From contig CADCJQ010000003.1 of NCBI GenBank assembly GCA_902801795.1, forward strand, positions 20,129 through 84,128: 64,000 nucleotides of DNA, written 5' to 3'. Positions 53,643 to 64,000 of this stretch are shown piece by piece. The DNA is from an uncultured Erysipelotrichaceae bacterium. Its GTDB lineage: Bacteria > Bacillota_I > Bacilli_A > RF39 > UBA660. Position numbers and translations under genes: made by a program. The notes under the pieces are model-generated. The model did no database searches, was not told where the DNA came from, and saw only the letters and a program-made list of their open reading frames with translations. Within the stretch, counting starts at the first letter, position 1, and the number at the start of each line of letters is the position of its first letter.

Positions 53643-53717
53643 GCCGACTTAGCACAGTGGTAGTGCAACGCATTCGTAACGCGTAGGTCACTGGTTCAAA
53701 TCCGGTAGTCGGCACCA
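53643..53717 (+). tRNA. tRNA-Thr (anticodon CGT)
   Basis: GCCGACTTAGCACAGTGGTAGTGCAACGCATTCGTAACGCGTAGGTCACTGGTTCAAATCCGGTAGTCGGCACCA. Cloverleaf with anticodon loop TTCGTAA. Encoded CCA. Confidence 0.85.
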
Positions 53718-53811
53718 TATTAGTGTGAAACTCGGACACTTTCCGAGATGCAATAAATGAACTAACTCTTTAAAGTTAGTTTTTTTGTGTTTCAGAAAGG
53801 AGTGATGAGTA

Positions 53812-54083
53812 TGTTTAAATTAGAAACTAAAAAACTTACAATAAGTGAATCATTAAGAAAGAAGATTGAAATAATATGTAGTTTTGCAAATGTTAAATAT
53901 GAACTTATAGAAGGTAGTATTATATCAGTTAAAGACACTAATTTAGGTTTTGTTAAGCCACATGTATTAAAAGTTAAAGGAAATGATTATCTTCTATTTG
54001 AAGATACTAAAACAGTTTTTATAAATGGTTATAAAGATAAAATTAAATTAACTGAATTAGAAGAATATCTAAAGAATAATTAA
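53812..54083 (+). CDS. small hypothetical protein (90 aa) preceding the serine recombinase
   Basis: GAAAGGAG RBS. Its 5' end (MFKLE) recurs in the deletion scar at 62783. Confidence 0.4.
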
Positions 54084-54180
54084 TATCTATTCCACGAAGT
54101 GGGAATTGACAATGAAATAAAAAATGATAGTATAAATAATCAAGAAATGTTTACTTTTTAACTGAGAAAGGAGAATTTGA

Positions 54181-56061
<1,881 letters not shown>

Positions 56062-56139
56062 TTGAAAAAATGTTTGGTGGTATTTTTACTGAAAATAAAA
56101 TAAAAAAAAATAATATGGTGGTAAAAAAGTGTTCTCCTA

Positions 56140-56340
56140 AAATCATTATATAATAAGGAAATGAGAGAAAAGAGACCACCGAAAGTGGTCCATTTTGCAA
56201 GTGCAAAATAAGTTTGGTCCCATGTAAATACTAGATTTTTCTAGGGTTTGTATGAATTCTAGGACCAATCTCTTATGCTCTTGTTAATTTATAAAAAAAA
56301 TATATTAATTTTGGACCACTAGAAGAACACTGAGTGTTCT
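56140..56340. repeat. cluster of GGACCA/TGGTCC half-sites and short palindromes downstream of the recombinase gene
   Basis: gagaccaccgaaagtggtcc, tttggtccc, ctaggaccaatc, ttggaccactag and the gaacactgagtgttc palindrome lie within 200 nt. Absent from the degraded second cassette. Confidence 0.4.
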
Positions 56341-56377
56341 TAATAAAAACTAGTTTACATACTCGAAAGTGTCAAAT

Positions 56378-56409
56378 ATTATTATTGTTATTATTATTAT
56401 TATTATTAT
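56378..56409. repeat. ATT trinucleotide microsatellite (about 10 units, one interrupted) in the promoter region of the DGR target gene
   Basis: attattattGttattattattattattattatc. The corresponding tract upstream of the second paralog (62936-62961) is shorter. Confidence 0.8.
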
Positions 56410-56422
56410 CACCGCTGGTCAT

Positions 56423-56468
56423 TGTAAAATAATTGGAAATGTAAAATAAATAGTTGAAAAATGTAAAA
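56423..56468 (+). promoter_or_regulatory. tandem direct repeats (TTG-G/A-AAA-n-TGTAAAA) upstream of the target gene; candidate regulator binding sites
   Basis: tgtaaaataattggaaatgtaaaataaatagttgaaaaatgtaaaac. The same architecture is conserved at 62972-63018 before the paralog. Confidence 0.45.
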
Positions 56469-56516
56469 CAATTATTTATAATAATATTGTAAGATTAGAT
56501 GATAGGAGTGACGATT

Positions 56517-58769
56517 ATGATTAAATCAAAAAAACAAATGTTTGTAGTAATTGGAGCATTTGCATTAGTAATGTTATTAGGAAGTATAACATATGCATTT
56601 TTTAATTATACAAGAACTGGAACAGCGAATACAATTAGAGTAGGAAGAATAGCTTTTAATTCATCACAATCAGGAAATATAAATTTAACTAATGCTTTTC
56701 CAATAACAAGTAGTGAAGCAGAAACAGATACAACTAACGCCAAGAGTGTCGCCATAACTGTAACTGGTGATACAGACTATAGTGGTGGAGTAGAATATGT
56801 CGTTACTGCAAGTGATGTTAATATGACAGTAGGAAGTGGAATTAATGCAAAAGAATTGCCACTAGCATTAGAAATATCAGTAACTGGAAATAATAGTAAT
56901 ACATTAGGAACAGAGGAAACAGGTGATTATTATACTAATAGAGATAATTATCAGGTTAGTAAATATAAAATAGAATATGATGGAGAATTAGAAGAAGGAA
57001 GCCATTTATTAGTAGGCTATATTGCGCCAAATACCACAAGTGGAACGGCTGAAGGAGTAGATGGAGTTATTAATATTAAAGCATATATTGATGCAAGTAA
57101 AGTATTAATAAGTGATACCTATGATGGAACAGAGTCAGATAATATGGGAACACCTAATTCATTAGCAGAAGGGAAAACTGTATTTACTACAACTGAATGG
57201 AATAGTATTCAAAGTTCACCATTATCATTTAAATTAAAAGTAGAAGCTAATGAAGGAATATGGGTAGAAGAACCATTAACTTTAAGTCAATCTATAGCAA
57301 GACAAGTAAGTACCGCAAGTTATATAGCAAGTTACGACGATATCATCTCATCAAATCCAACATTTACAACCCAAGATCAAGTATCAACAAGTGCAACAAA
57401 ACAAACTGTTTATTATTATACTGGAAATGAAGCAGCAGCAAATGCTAATGTTTTATTTGCCGGATATTGTTGGCAGGTCATCAGAACTACCGATAATGGT
57501 GGAGTAAGAATGATTTATAATGGAGTAGCCGTAAATAATAAATGTGAAACAACAAGGACAGCTACAAAAGGAATAAATGCAGTCGGTAATGGGACATTGC
57601 AAAGTATGAGTGCAGCTACTCTTTATGGAAGAAGTTATGATTATGACCTAACGACAGGAGAGTTTACTATCGAAAATAGTACTGGTTTGCCAACAAGTTG
57701 GACAACAAATGATAATAATAGTAATGGAACAGAAGATTATAAAGAATTAATAGGAACATATACATGCTTATCAAATTTAGATACATGTAGCACACTTTAT
57801 TATGTAGGAAGTATAAATCAGTCAAATTCTGCTCAAGCTTATGTAGCAAAATACACAATAGGAGATGTAGCACGTTATAGTCAATTAGGAACAAGTGCAT
57901 TTAATTCAAATTATTATAGTCCAGCATTAGTAGGATATATGTTTAACAAAGAATATGACTATAAATCAGGTAGTAAATCTGGGGAATATTATACTAGTGC
58001 AGCATGGGAAAATGGAGCATATGTATTATCAAATGGAAATGGAGGAACAGCCCCTGATGTGACACATCACTATATCTGTGATAGTGATTGTGCAAAAGTA
58101 AGATATTATTATTATGTAAGTGGAAGTAGTCATTACTATATATTACTAGAAAATGGAAAAACAGTAGAAGATGCATTAAAAGAGATGATTAATTATAAAA
58201 CAAATGCAAATGAAATAGATGAAAATATAAATGTATATAATTCGGCAATGAAAGGATATCTAGATAACTGGTATAAAAAGAATTTAACAGCTTATACTAG
58301 TTATCTAGATCAATCATCAGTATATTGTAATGATAGAAGTATAAGAGAATTAGGAGGATGGAATCCAACAAATTCTCCAAGTCTAACAACAACATTACAA
58401 TTCTATCAATATAGTGCAAATAGAGATTTAAACTGTGTAAATGAGTGGGATAGATTTGCTGTGACAAATACTAAAGCAAAATTAACATATCCAATAGGTT
58501 TATTAACTGAACCAGAAAGAAATTTAATGACTGCTAATTTTGCTAAAACAGGACAATATTACTGGGGGGCTTCGCCTAGCAGTTTCAGCGACAACCGTGC
58601 TCGTGTTCGTAGTGTCGATGCTACGGGTGGCCGTAGCGACCCTTCTGTGAGCAATAGTTATGGGGCGCGTGGCGTCGTTTCACTTCGACCTGGCACGAAG
58701 TTAGAAAATGGTACTGGAACATATAATGACCCATATATTGTAGGACCAATAGTTGCAAGAACAAGTTAG
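56517..58769 (+). CDS. DGR target (variable) protein with SipW/TasA-class signal peptide and C-terminal variable region
   Basis: N-terminus MIKSKKQMFVVIGAFALVMLLGSITYAFFNYT resembles TasA/camelysin SipW-cognate signals. The C-terminal 40 codons (WGASPSSFSDNRARVRSVDATGGRSDPSVSNSYGARGVVS) are encoded by the VR, which matches the TR at non-adenine positions. Confidence 0.8.
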   Translation: MIKSKKQMFVVIGAFALVMLLGSITYAFFNYTRTGTANTIRVGRIAFNSSQSGNINLTNAFPITSSEAETDTTNAKSVAITVTGDTDYSGGVEYVVTASDVNMTVGSGINAKELPLALEISVTGNNSNTLGTEETGDYYTNRDNYQVSKYKIEYDGELEEGSHLLVGYIAPNTTSGTAEGVDGVINIKAYIDASKVLISDTYDGTESDNMGTPNSLAEGKTVFTTTEWNSIQSSPLSFKLKVEANEGIWVEEPLTLSQSIARQVSTASYIASYDDIISSNPTFTTQDQVSTSATKQTVYYYTGNEAAANANVLFAGYCWQVIRTTDNGGVRMIYNGVAVNNKCETTRTATKGINAVGNGTLQSMSAATLYGRSYDYDLTTGEFTIENSTGLPTSWTTNDNNSNGTEDYKELIGTYTCLSNLDTCSTLYYVGSINQSNSAQAYVAKYTIGDVARYSQLGTSAFNSNYYSPALVGYMFNKEYDYKSGSKSGEYYTSAAWENGAYVLSNGNGGTAPDVTHHYICDSDCAKVRYYYYVSGSSHYYILLENGKTVEDALKEMINYKTNANEIDENINVYNSAMKGYLDNWYKKNLTAYTSYLDQSSVYCNDRSIRELGGWNPTNSPSLTTTLQFYQYSANRDLNCVNEWDRFAVTNTKAKLTYPIGLLTEPERNLMTANFAKTGQYYWGASPSSFSDNRARVRSVDATGGRSDPSVSNSYGARGVVSLRPGTKLENGTGTYNDPYIVGPIVARTS
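58562..58681 (+). repeat. DGR variable repeat (VR), in frame at the 3' end of the target gene
   Basis: 120 bp aligned gap-free to TR 59039-59158. Of 25 mismatches, 24 fall where TR has A. VR codons are diversified where TR has AAC/AAT. Confidence 0.85.
58682..58701 (+). other. hairpin immediately 3' of VR (IMH-associated stem-loop candidate)
   Basis: acttcg-acctggca-cgaagt directly after the GC-rich block GGGGCGCGTGGCG shared by VR and TR. Confidence 0.4.
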
Positions 58770-59038
58770 TGCCATTACTAATACACTGTTATATAAGTGC
58801 GAAAAACCTTTCGCACTTTAAAAATAAACCATTATCATGCATAATTCATTTAGGAATTATGCATGATTTATTATATAAATAAATATATAAAATATTGAAA
58901 TTAGTTGACACAAAAGAATTGACTTGAATTATGAGATTTGATTAAATATAATTTGTAATTTTGGGTTAAACATCTGTTTAACTTAGGGTTGTGTCATAAA
59001 TTCGTGCTTGTAGGAGCCCTGGGGGGCTTCGCCTAACA

Positions 59039-59158
59039 ATTTCAACAACAACAATGCTAATGTTCGTAATGTCAATACTACAGGTGACAATAACAACAAT
59101 AATGTGAACAATAGTAATGGGGCGCGTGGCGTATTTTCCAAATATAGAATAATATACT
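59039..59158 (+). repeat. DGR template repeat (TR)
   Basis: Intergenic, non-coding 120-bp copy of VR, rich in AAC/AAT triplets. Would read WGASPNNFNNNNANVRNVNTTGDNNNNNVNNSNGARGVFS in the VR frame. All but one difference from VR sit at its adenines. Confidence 0.85.
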
Positions 59159-59314
59159 AGTTTTTATAATGCATGCGTTATGGGTAAAAAGCTAGTTTTC
59201 TTAATTTTTGTGAAACAGATGCAACTCTATGGACAAATGTTCAAAATATATAAACAGTGTAGACTATGCTAACTATTTTTAGTTAGCATAGAAGCTGCTG
59301 TTTTGGGGTGAGAT

Positions 59315-59680
59315 ATGAGGCTAAACAGTGAATTTAAAATATATAATAAAGTAGCTGAATTTAATCGCTATGTAAGAAATACTATTACAAATTTTATACC
59401 AAGTGTTCATCGTGATATCAGAATACATTTACTTGATGAAAATTATTCACTATTACATAATCTTTTATCAGCCAGTTACAATAAAGGAAATATTAGAATT
59501 AAATATATTAGTGAAATGATAGTAAATATATCAATGATTGATTATTTATTAGGTGAGGTATCGGAATTATCAGAAAATAATTCTAAGAAAATTCTTCGAG
59601 CAATAAGAATGCTATCTGAAATAAAGAATATGATATATTCATGGAAAAATAATATCGATAATGGCAAAGAAGAAAATTAG
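59315..59680 (+). CDS. avd: DGR accessory variability determinant (Avd-like small basic helical protein)
   Basis: 121-aa helical, basic protein immediately upstream of, and overlapping, the RT gene. Size and position fit Avd. Sequence similarity to known Avd is not verifiable by eye. Confidence 0.55.
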   Translation: MRLNSEFKIYNKVAEFNRYVRNTITNFIPSVHRDIRIHLLDENYSLLHNLLSASYNKGNIRIKYISEMIVNISMIDYLLGEVSELSENNSKKILRAIRMLSEIKNMIYSWKNNIDNGKEEN

Positions 59681-61136
59681 CAATATATATAATGCACCAA
59701 TAACATTTACTAACATAAATAAGATGTGGAATATTGTCAGGAAGTCATGCAAAAATAAAAGAGGAATTTATGATTTTTCATTAAATAAAAACGCAAATAT
59801 ATATAATATTGGAAAGATATTAAAAGAAAAGAGTTATAAACCATATCCATATCGCTTATTTATGATATTTGAACCAAAACCAAGACTTGTAATGAGTCAG
59901 TGTGTTTATGACAAGATAATAAATCATTTTGTAGCCAATTATTATTTGCTTCCTTATTTAGAGAAAAAATTACTTAACTGTAATGTAGCAACAAGAAAGA
60001 ATATGGGCAGTGATTATGCTATAAAATTGACTAAAAAATATATTAATGAGATTAGAATAAAAAATCCTAATAAAGAGATATATGTCTTGAAAATGGATAT
60101 TAGTAAATATTTTTATACTATTAATCATGAGATACTTCTTAATATGTTAAAACGTGATATTAATGATTTTGATGTAATTAAATTAATAGAAAGTATTATA
60201 AGTGAAACCGATAAATCATATATTAATGACATGGTAGATAAATTAAATAAGCATAATAAAACGGATATTCCACATTATGAAAATAACGTTGGTTTATCTA
60301 TAGGAGCAATGACTAGCCAATTTTTAGCTATTTATTATTTAAATGATTTAGATCATTATATTAAAGAACAATTAAAATGCAAATATTTCATCCGATATAT
60401 GGATGATATTTTAATATTCGATGTTAATTTTGATAAATTAAAAAAATTATGGAAATTAATAGAAAATAAAGTAAATGATTTAAAACTCAATGTAAATCCT
60501 AAAAGTAATATTTTTAGATTAAGTAATGGTGTAATATTTGTAGGTTATAGGTTTAAAATAGATAATTGTGGTTTTAAAATGAAATTTAATAAGAAAACTA
60601 TTAAAAGAATTAATCACAAATTAAAATATTTACAAGAGAATAATATAGTTAAATATTATCGTTCATATGCTAGTTATTATGGTTATTACAAGAGGGTAAG
60701 AAGATATAGTGAGAGGAATTTTAAGATGAAATCTATTGAAAAATATAAAGCTTATAAAGAAAAGTATATGAATTGTATTGTTTTTATTAGAGAAGGAAAG
60801 TTTTATTGCACATTTGTTGATGATGCAATTTTTATATGGAATTTATTTGATTATAAATGGAATAAAAATTCTATTTCTTTTGGAGAATCTGCTTGTAGTA
60901 AAGTATTTGATTATTTGAAGAATAAAAGTATAGGTTATGTAATAGTAAGTAATGATGATATATTTGTTAAAGGTGATAATAAAATATATGAATTATATCT
61001 TGAGGCAGCAAAAATAAATTATGATAGATATTGTAAGAAAAAAGAGATATCATCATTAATTGATAGTATATTAGTAGAAAATATTAATTATTGTGATGAT
61101 ATTATCGATTATTTGAATAAATATAAAAGTAAATAA
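59661..61136 (+). CDS. diversity-generating retroelement reverse transcriptase
   Basis: RT motifs: YVLKMDISKYFYTINHEIL (motif 2), GLSIGAMTSQFLAIYYLNDLD (motif 4 with the DGR-specific [I/L]GxxxSQ in place of QGxxxSP), FIRYMDDILIF (motif 5, YMDD). Confidence 0.9.
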   Translation: MAKKKISNIYNAPITFTNINKMWNIVRKSCKNKRGIYDFSLNKNANIYNIGKILKEKSYKPYPYRLFMIFEPKPRLVMSQCVYDKIINHFVANYYLLPYLEKKLLNCNVATRKNMGSDYAIKLTKKYINEIRIKNPNKEIYVLKMDISKYFYTINHEILLNMLKRDINDFDVIKLIESIISETDKSYINDMVDKLNKHNKTDIPHYENNVGLSIGAMTSQFLAIYYLNDLDHYIKEQLKCKYFIRYMDDILIFDVNFDKLKKLWKLIENKVNDLKLNVNPKSNIFRLSNGVIFVGYRFKIDNCGFKMKFNKKTIKRINHKLKYLQENNIVKYYRSYASYYGYYKRVRRYSERNFKMKSIEKYKAYKEKYMNCIVFIREGKFYCTFVDDAIFIWNLFDYKWNKNSISFGESACSKVFDYLKNKSIGYVIVSNDDIFVKGDNKIYELYLEAAKINYDRYCKKKEISSLIDSILVENINYCDDIIDYLNKYKSK

Positions 61137-61443
61137 TTGATTATAATAATATGTATTATAAATGATTATTTGACTAATTCAGAATTATAGGTTGACTTTT
61201 TCGGAATAGTAGTTTGATAATGCTTCTTTTAAAAAAATATATAATATATTCTTCATTTATTTAGATGCATAGAACATTATTGAGTATTATAATGTTTGTG
61301 ATATGAATATTTATATATATTTTACTCAAAATAATAATGTATAATTGTTCAAAAATGCGAGTGAACAAAAAAATAATTCCCTAAAAATAAAAAAAATTGA
61401 CTTTTAGGGAATTGAATGATATATTTATATTGGGTGATAAAAG

Positions 61444-62637
61444 ATGAAGATAATTCCTAGAGATGAATATTTAAGCAAAATGATTAGGGTAATAAATACA
61501 CCAGATATTAAAGTGTTGACTGGTGTTAGAAGATGTGGTAAGTCAAAATTATTAGAATTGTTTATAGAGTATATTGATAAAAATATTAAAAACAACAATA
61601 TTATTCACATTAATTTTAATGAGAGAAAATATGACGGATTATTAACTGGTGACAAATTATATGATTATATTTCTAATAAATATGTTAAAAATAAAATCAA
61701 TTTTGTTTTAATTGATGAAATTCAAAAATGTGATGGTTTTGAAGATACAATTAATAGTATTCATTCTGAAGAAAAATATAAAATATATATAACTGGTTCA
61801 AATGCATTTTTACTTTCTAGTGATCTAGCTACATTATTTACTGGTAGAACTTTTGAAATTAATATCTATCCTTTTTCATTTGAAGAATACAATAGATATT
61901 TTAATAATCAAAATCATTATTTATCTTTTAATTCATTTATGAATGATGGTGGAATGTCAGGATCATATTTGTACGATAATGTAGAGGATAAAAATCAGTA
62001 TTTAAAGAGCATATATAATACAATGATTTTGCGTGATATTGTTGGAAAGAATAATATTAAAAATGAATCATTACTTAACAAATTAAGTGATTATTTACTT
62101 GATAATATTTCAAATATTACTTCATCGACTAAAATAGAAAATGTCTTGAAAGGTGAATTAGAAACTGGTGATCATAAAACCATATCAAATTATTTAGATT
62201 ATTTGTGCAATGCTTTTGCTTTTTATAGAGTGAGAAGATTTGATATAAAAGGAAAGAGTTTTCTTAAATCGCAAGATAAATATTATTTAGTAGATACTTC
62301 ATTTAGAAGAGCAATCCATGGAAGAAAAGAAGAAGATTATGGCAGAATATTAGAAAATATTGTTGCAGTTGAATTATTAAGACGTGGATATGATATTTAT
62401 GTTGGTACACTATATGAAAAGGAAATAGATTTTGTTGCTATGAAAAGGGATGAACAAATTTATATTCAAGTAGTAGACAATATTGATAATGAAGCAACAA
62501 TGAAAAGAGAAATAACTCCTTTATTAAGCATAAAAGATGGTTATAAAAAGATGATTATTGCCAGATTAAATCATGAAGGATTTATTAAAGATGGTGTAGA
62601 AATAATTGACATTTCGGACTGGTTATTAAATAAGTAA
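61444..62637 (+). CDS. AAA-family ATPase (AAA_14 + DUF4143 architecture)
   Basis: Walker A GVRRCGKSKL. Walker B VLIDEIQ. C-terminal DUF4143-like region. About 400 aa, typical for this widespread family. Confidence 0.65.
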   Translation: MKIIPRDEYLSKMIRVINTPDIKVLTGVRRCGKSKLLELFIEYIDKNIKNNNIIHINFNERKYDGLLTGDKLYDYISNKYVKNKINFVLIDEIQKCDGFEDTINSIHSEEKYKIYITGSNAFLLSSDLATLFTGRTFEINIYPFSFEEYNRYFNNQNHYLSFNSFMNDGGMSGSYLYDNVEDKNQYLKSIYNTMILRDIVGKNNIKNESLLNKLSDYLLDNISNITSSTKIENVLKGELETGDHKTISNYLDYLCNAFAFYRVRRFDIKGKSFLKSQDKYYLVDTSFRRAIHGRKEEDYGRILENIVAVELLRRGYDIYVGTLYEKEIDFVAMKRDEQIYIQVVDNIDNEATMKREITPLLSIKDGYKKMIIARLNHEGFIKDGVEIIDISDWLLNK

Positions 62638-62739
62638 TATGTTATAATTTTATTAGTTAGTAAATTTATTGCTAACATTAATTTGGCAATTGGTTATGGA
62701 ACCTCCACCCAATTGGCACCATAATGATTTTTACTAACT

Positions 62740-62905
62740 AGAAATAGTTAGTTTTTTTGTGTTTCAGAGAGGAGTGATGAATATGTTTAAATTAGAAAAT
62801 GGAGAATATTTTTCTAATGAAGGAGATATTCCAATTAGAATAATATTAATAGATGCTTGAAAACTTGAACGTGATAATAAAATAAGGTTAAATAATTAAA
62901 AAATA
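62740..62905 (+). pseudogene. deletion scar: 5' end of the small ORF fused to the 3' end of the serine recombinase gene (second, degraded cassette)
   Basis: agttagtttttttgtgtttcagagaggagtgatgaatatgtttaaattagaaa matches 53777-53826. It then joins sequence matching recombinase codons about 570-600 (tctaat..gatattccaattagaataat..ttaatagatg...cttgaac.tgataataaaataag). Fused [28 protein letters not shown] stops at 62860. Confidence 0.65.
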
Positions 62906-62935
62906 AAAAAGATGGTAAAAAAAGTATTCATCTAA

Positions 62936-62961
62936 ATTATTATTATTATAATTATTATTAT
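62936..62961. repeat. ATT microsatellite, shorter and interrupted, upstream of the paralog
   Basis: attattattattataattattattatc, homologous in position to 56378-56409. Confidence 0.7.
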
Positions 62962-62971
62962 CGCTGTCTAT

Positions 62972-63018
62972 TGTAAAATGTTTGAAAATGTAAAAGAAAT
63001 GTTTGAAAACTGTAAGTA
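62972..63018 (+). promoter_or_regulatory. conserved TGTAAAA/TTGAAAA direct-repeat array upstream of the paralog
   Basis: ttgtaaaatgtttgaaaatgtaaaagaaatgtttgaaaactgtaagt parallels 56423-56468. Confidence 0.45.
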
Positions 63019-63072
63019 ATTATTATATAATTACATTATAAGATATTTAATGATAGAAGAGGAGTGGTAATA

Positions 63073-64000
63073 ATGATTAAATCAAGAAAACAAATGCTCA
63101 TTGTAATTGGTGTATTTGCATTAGTAATGCTATTAAGTACTGTAACTTATGCCTTTTTTAACTATACTCGTACAGGTGCAGCCAATACTGTTAGTGTAGG
63201 AAGAATAAGTTTTGTAACAAGACAAACAAAAACAATTAGTTTAAATAATTTATTCCCTATTGATCCAACCGATACAGAAGCAATGGCTGATGAAACAAAA
63301 GTAGGTACAGTAGAAATTGAAATTGAAGGAGATACTGATTATGTAGATGGTGTAGAATATTTAGTTTCTAGTGAAAATACAAATATTTATACAACAACAG
63401 GAAAAGTAGTTCCAATTAGTTTAGATGTAGCAGTAACTAATTTAGGAACATCTAGCAACAACTATTTTACAGCAAGAGAAGATAAAAATGCTACAATTTA
63501 TAAGAAATTAGTAGGTGATACATTAGTAGGTGACCAAATGCTATTAGTAGGATTTATTAAACCTAATACAACAAGTGGACAAGCCGAAGGAGTTAATGGT
63601 AAATTAACTATTAAGGCATATTTAGATAAAAATAAAATATTAATAAGTGATACCTATGATGGAACAGAATCAGATAATATGGGAACCCCAAACTCTATGG
63701 CAGAAGGTAAAACAGTATTAACAACAACGGATTGGAATGCGCTTCAGGCTTCTCCAATCACCTTCCAAATAAAAGTAGAAGCAAATGAAGGAATCTGGGT
63801 AAAAGGTTCTCTTGAAGAAATAATGAAACAAGAAAACTTTGATACTACTAAAAATAGAGGAATATTAGATAATGAACAAAGTGAATTTGTAAGTGAGCAG
63901 GAACAGAAAATGATGCATATCCAATTGTTTATTATCGAGGAGCAGTAGAAGATAATAATGTTGTATTCAATAATAAATGCTGGAAAGCAGTAAGAACAAC
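63073..64000 (+). CDS. paralog of the DGR target protein (SipW/TasA-type signal), with apparent frameshift near 63900; continues beyond window
   Basis: MIKSRKQMLIVIGVFALVMLLSTVTYAFFNYTRTGAANTVSVGRISF, then blocks shared with 56517..58769 (TVEIEIEGDTDYVDGVEYLVS, LISDTYDGTESDNMGTPNS, KVEANEGIWV). After about 63897 homology continues in another frame (YYRGAVEDNNVVFNNKCWKAVRTT, cf. YYYTGNEAAANANVLFAGYCWQVIRTT). Confidence 0.6.

Noticed and set aside
56423-56468. TGTAAAA repeat array as a possible CRISPR
   Set aside because: Only 2-3 short (7-15 bp) imperfect repeats with about 10-bp gaps, located in a promoter. No cas genes. No CRISPR arrays seen anywhere in the window.
58562-59158. Considered VR/TR as an ordinary tandem duplication or pseudogene fragment of the C-terminus
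   Set aside because: Substitutions are almost exclusively at TR adenines. The TR copy is AAY-codon-rich and adjacent to an RT with the DGR signature. A plain duplicate would show random substitutions.
62690-62727. tRNA-like hairpin gccaattgg...ccaattggcACCA as a tRNA gene or fragment
   Set aside because: No D/anticodon/T arms. Only a minihelix plus GGCACCA resembling the tRNA-Thr 3' end. Treated as a possible att-site repeat instead.

Overview
AT-rich (roughly 27-30% GC) Firmicutes-type chromosomal window, possibly Erysipelotrichia/Clostridia-like, with sporulation markers (cotJB/cotJC, spoVS, a SigF/G-type sigma factor).

Layout: (i) telA-like, lipoprotein, vWA and Ntdp/DUF402 genes; (ii) a complete 16S-23S-5S rRNA operon behind four tandem sigma-A promoters, with no tRNA in the spacer; (iii) a tRNA-Gly(TCC) whose trailer/terminator is partially duplicated 2.4 kb away, bracketing a small islet with an XRE regulator; (iv) rodA/ftsW, cotJ, thermonuclease, thioredoxin, an OmpR-family two-component system with an interrupted kinase, and a beta-helix surface protein; (v) sepF and a cell-wall glycopolymer decoration cluster (LicD, racemase-family protein, TagD-like cytidylyltransferase, fused sugar kinase/nucleotidyltransferase, Alg14/Alg13-like pair); (vi) a GH25 lysozyme behind a structured leader, an NlpC/P60-like hydrolase, a sigma factor and an HEXXH peptidase; (vii) sortase, mutS, tandem paralogous membrane proteins, RNase R, smpB, rpsO, pnp; (viii) tRNA-Thr followed by an island.

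Most notable is a diversity-generating retroelement (DGR) inside that island. The island opens with a large serine recombinase. Its 756-aa target protein has a SipW/TasA-type signal peptide and a 120-bp variable repeat (VR, 58562-58681). A 120-bp template repeat (TR, 59039-59158) differs from VR at 25 positions, 24 of them TR adenines. An Avd-like gene and a reverse transcriptase carrying the DGR-specific IGxxxSQ motif follow. A degraded second cassette, with a small-ORF/recombinase deletion scar and a frameshifted target-family paralog, follows in tandem. An ATT microsatellite and TGTAAAA direct repeats lie upstream of both paralogs.
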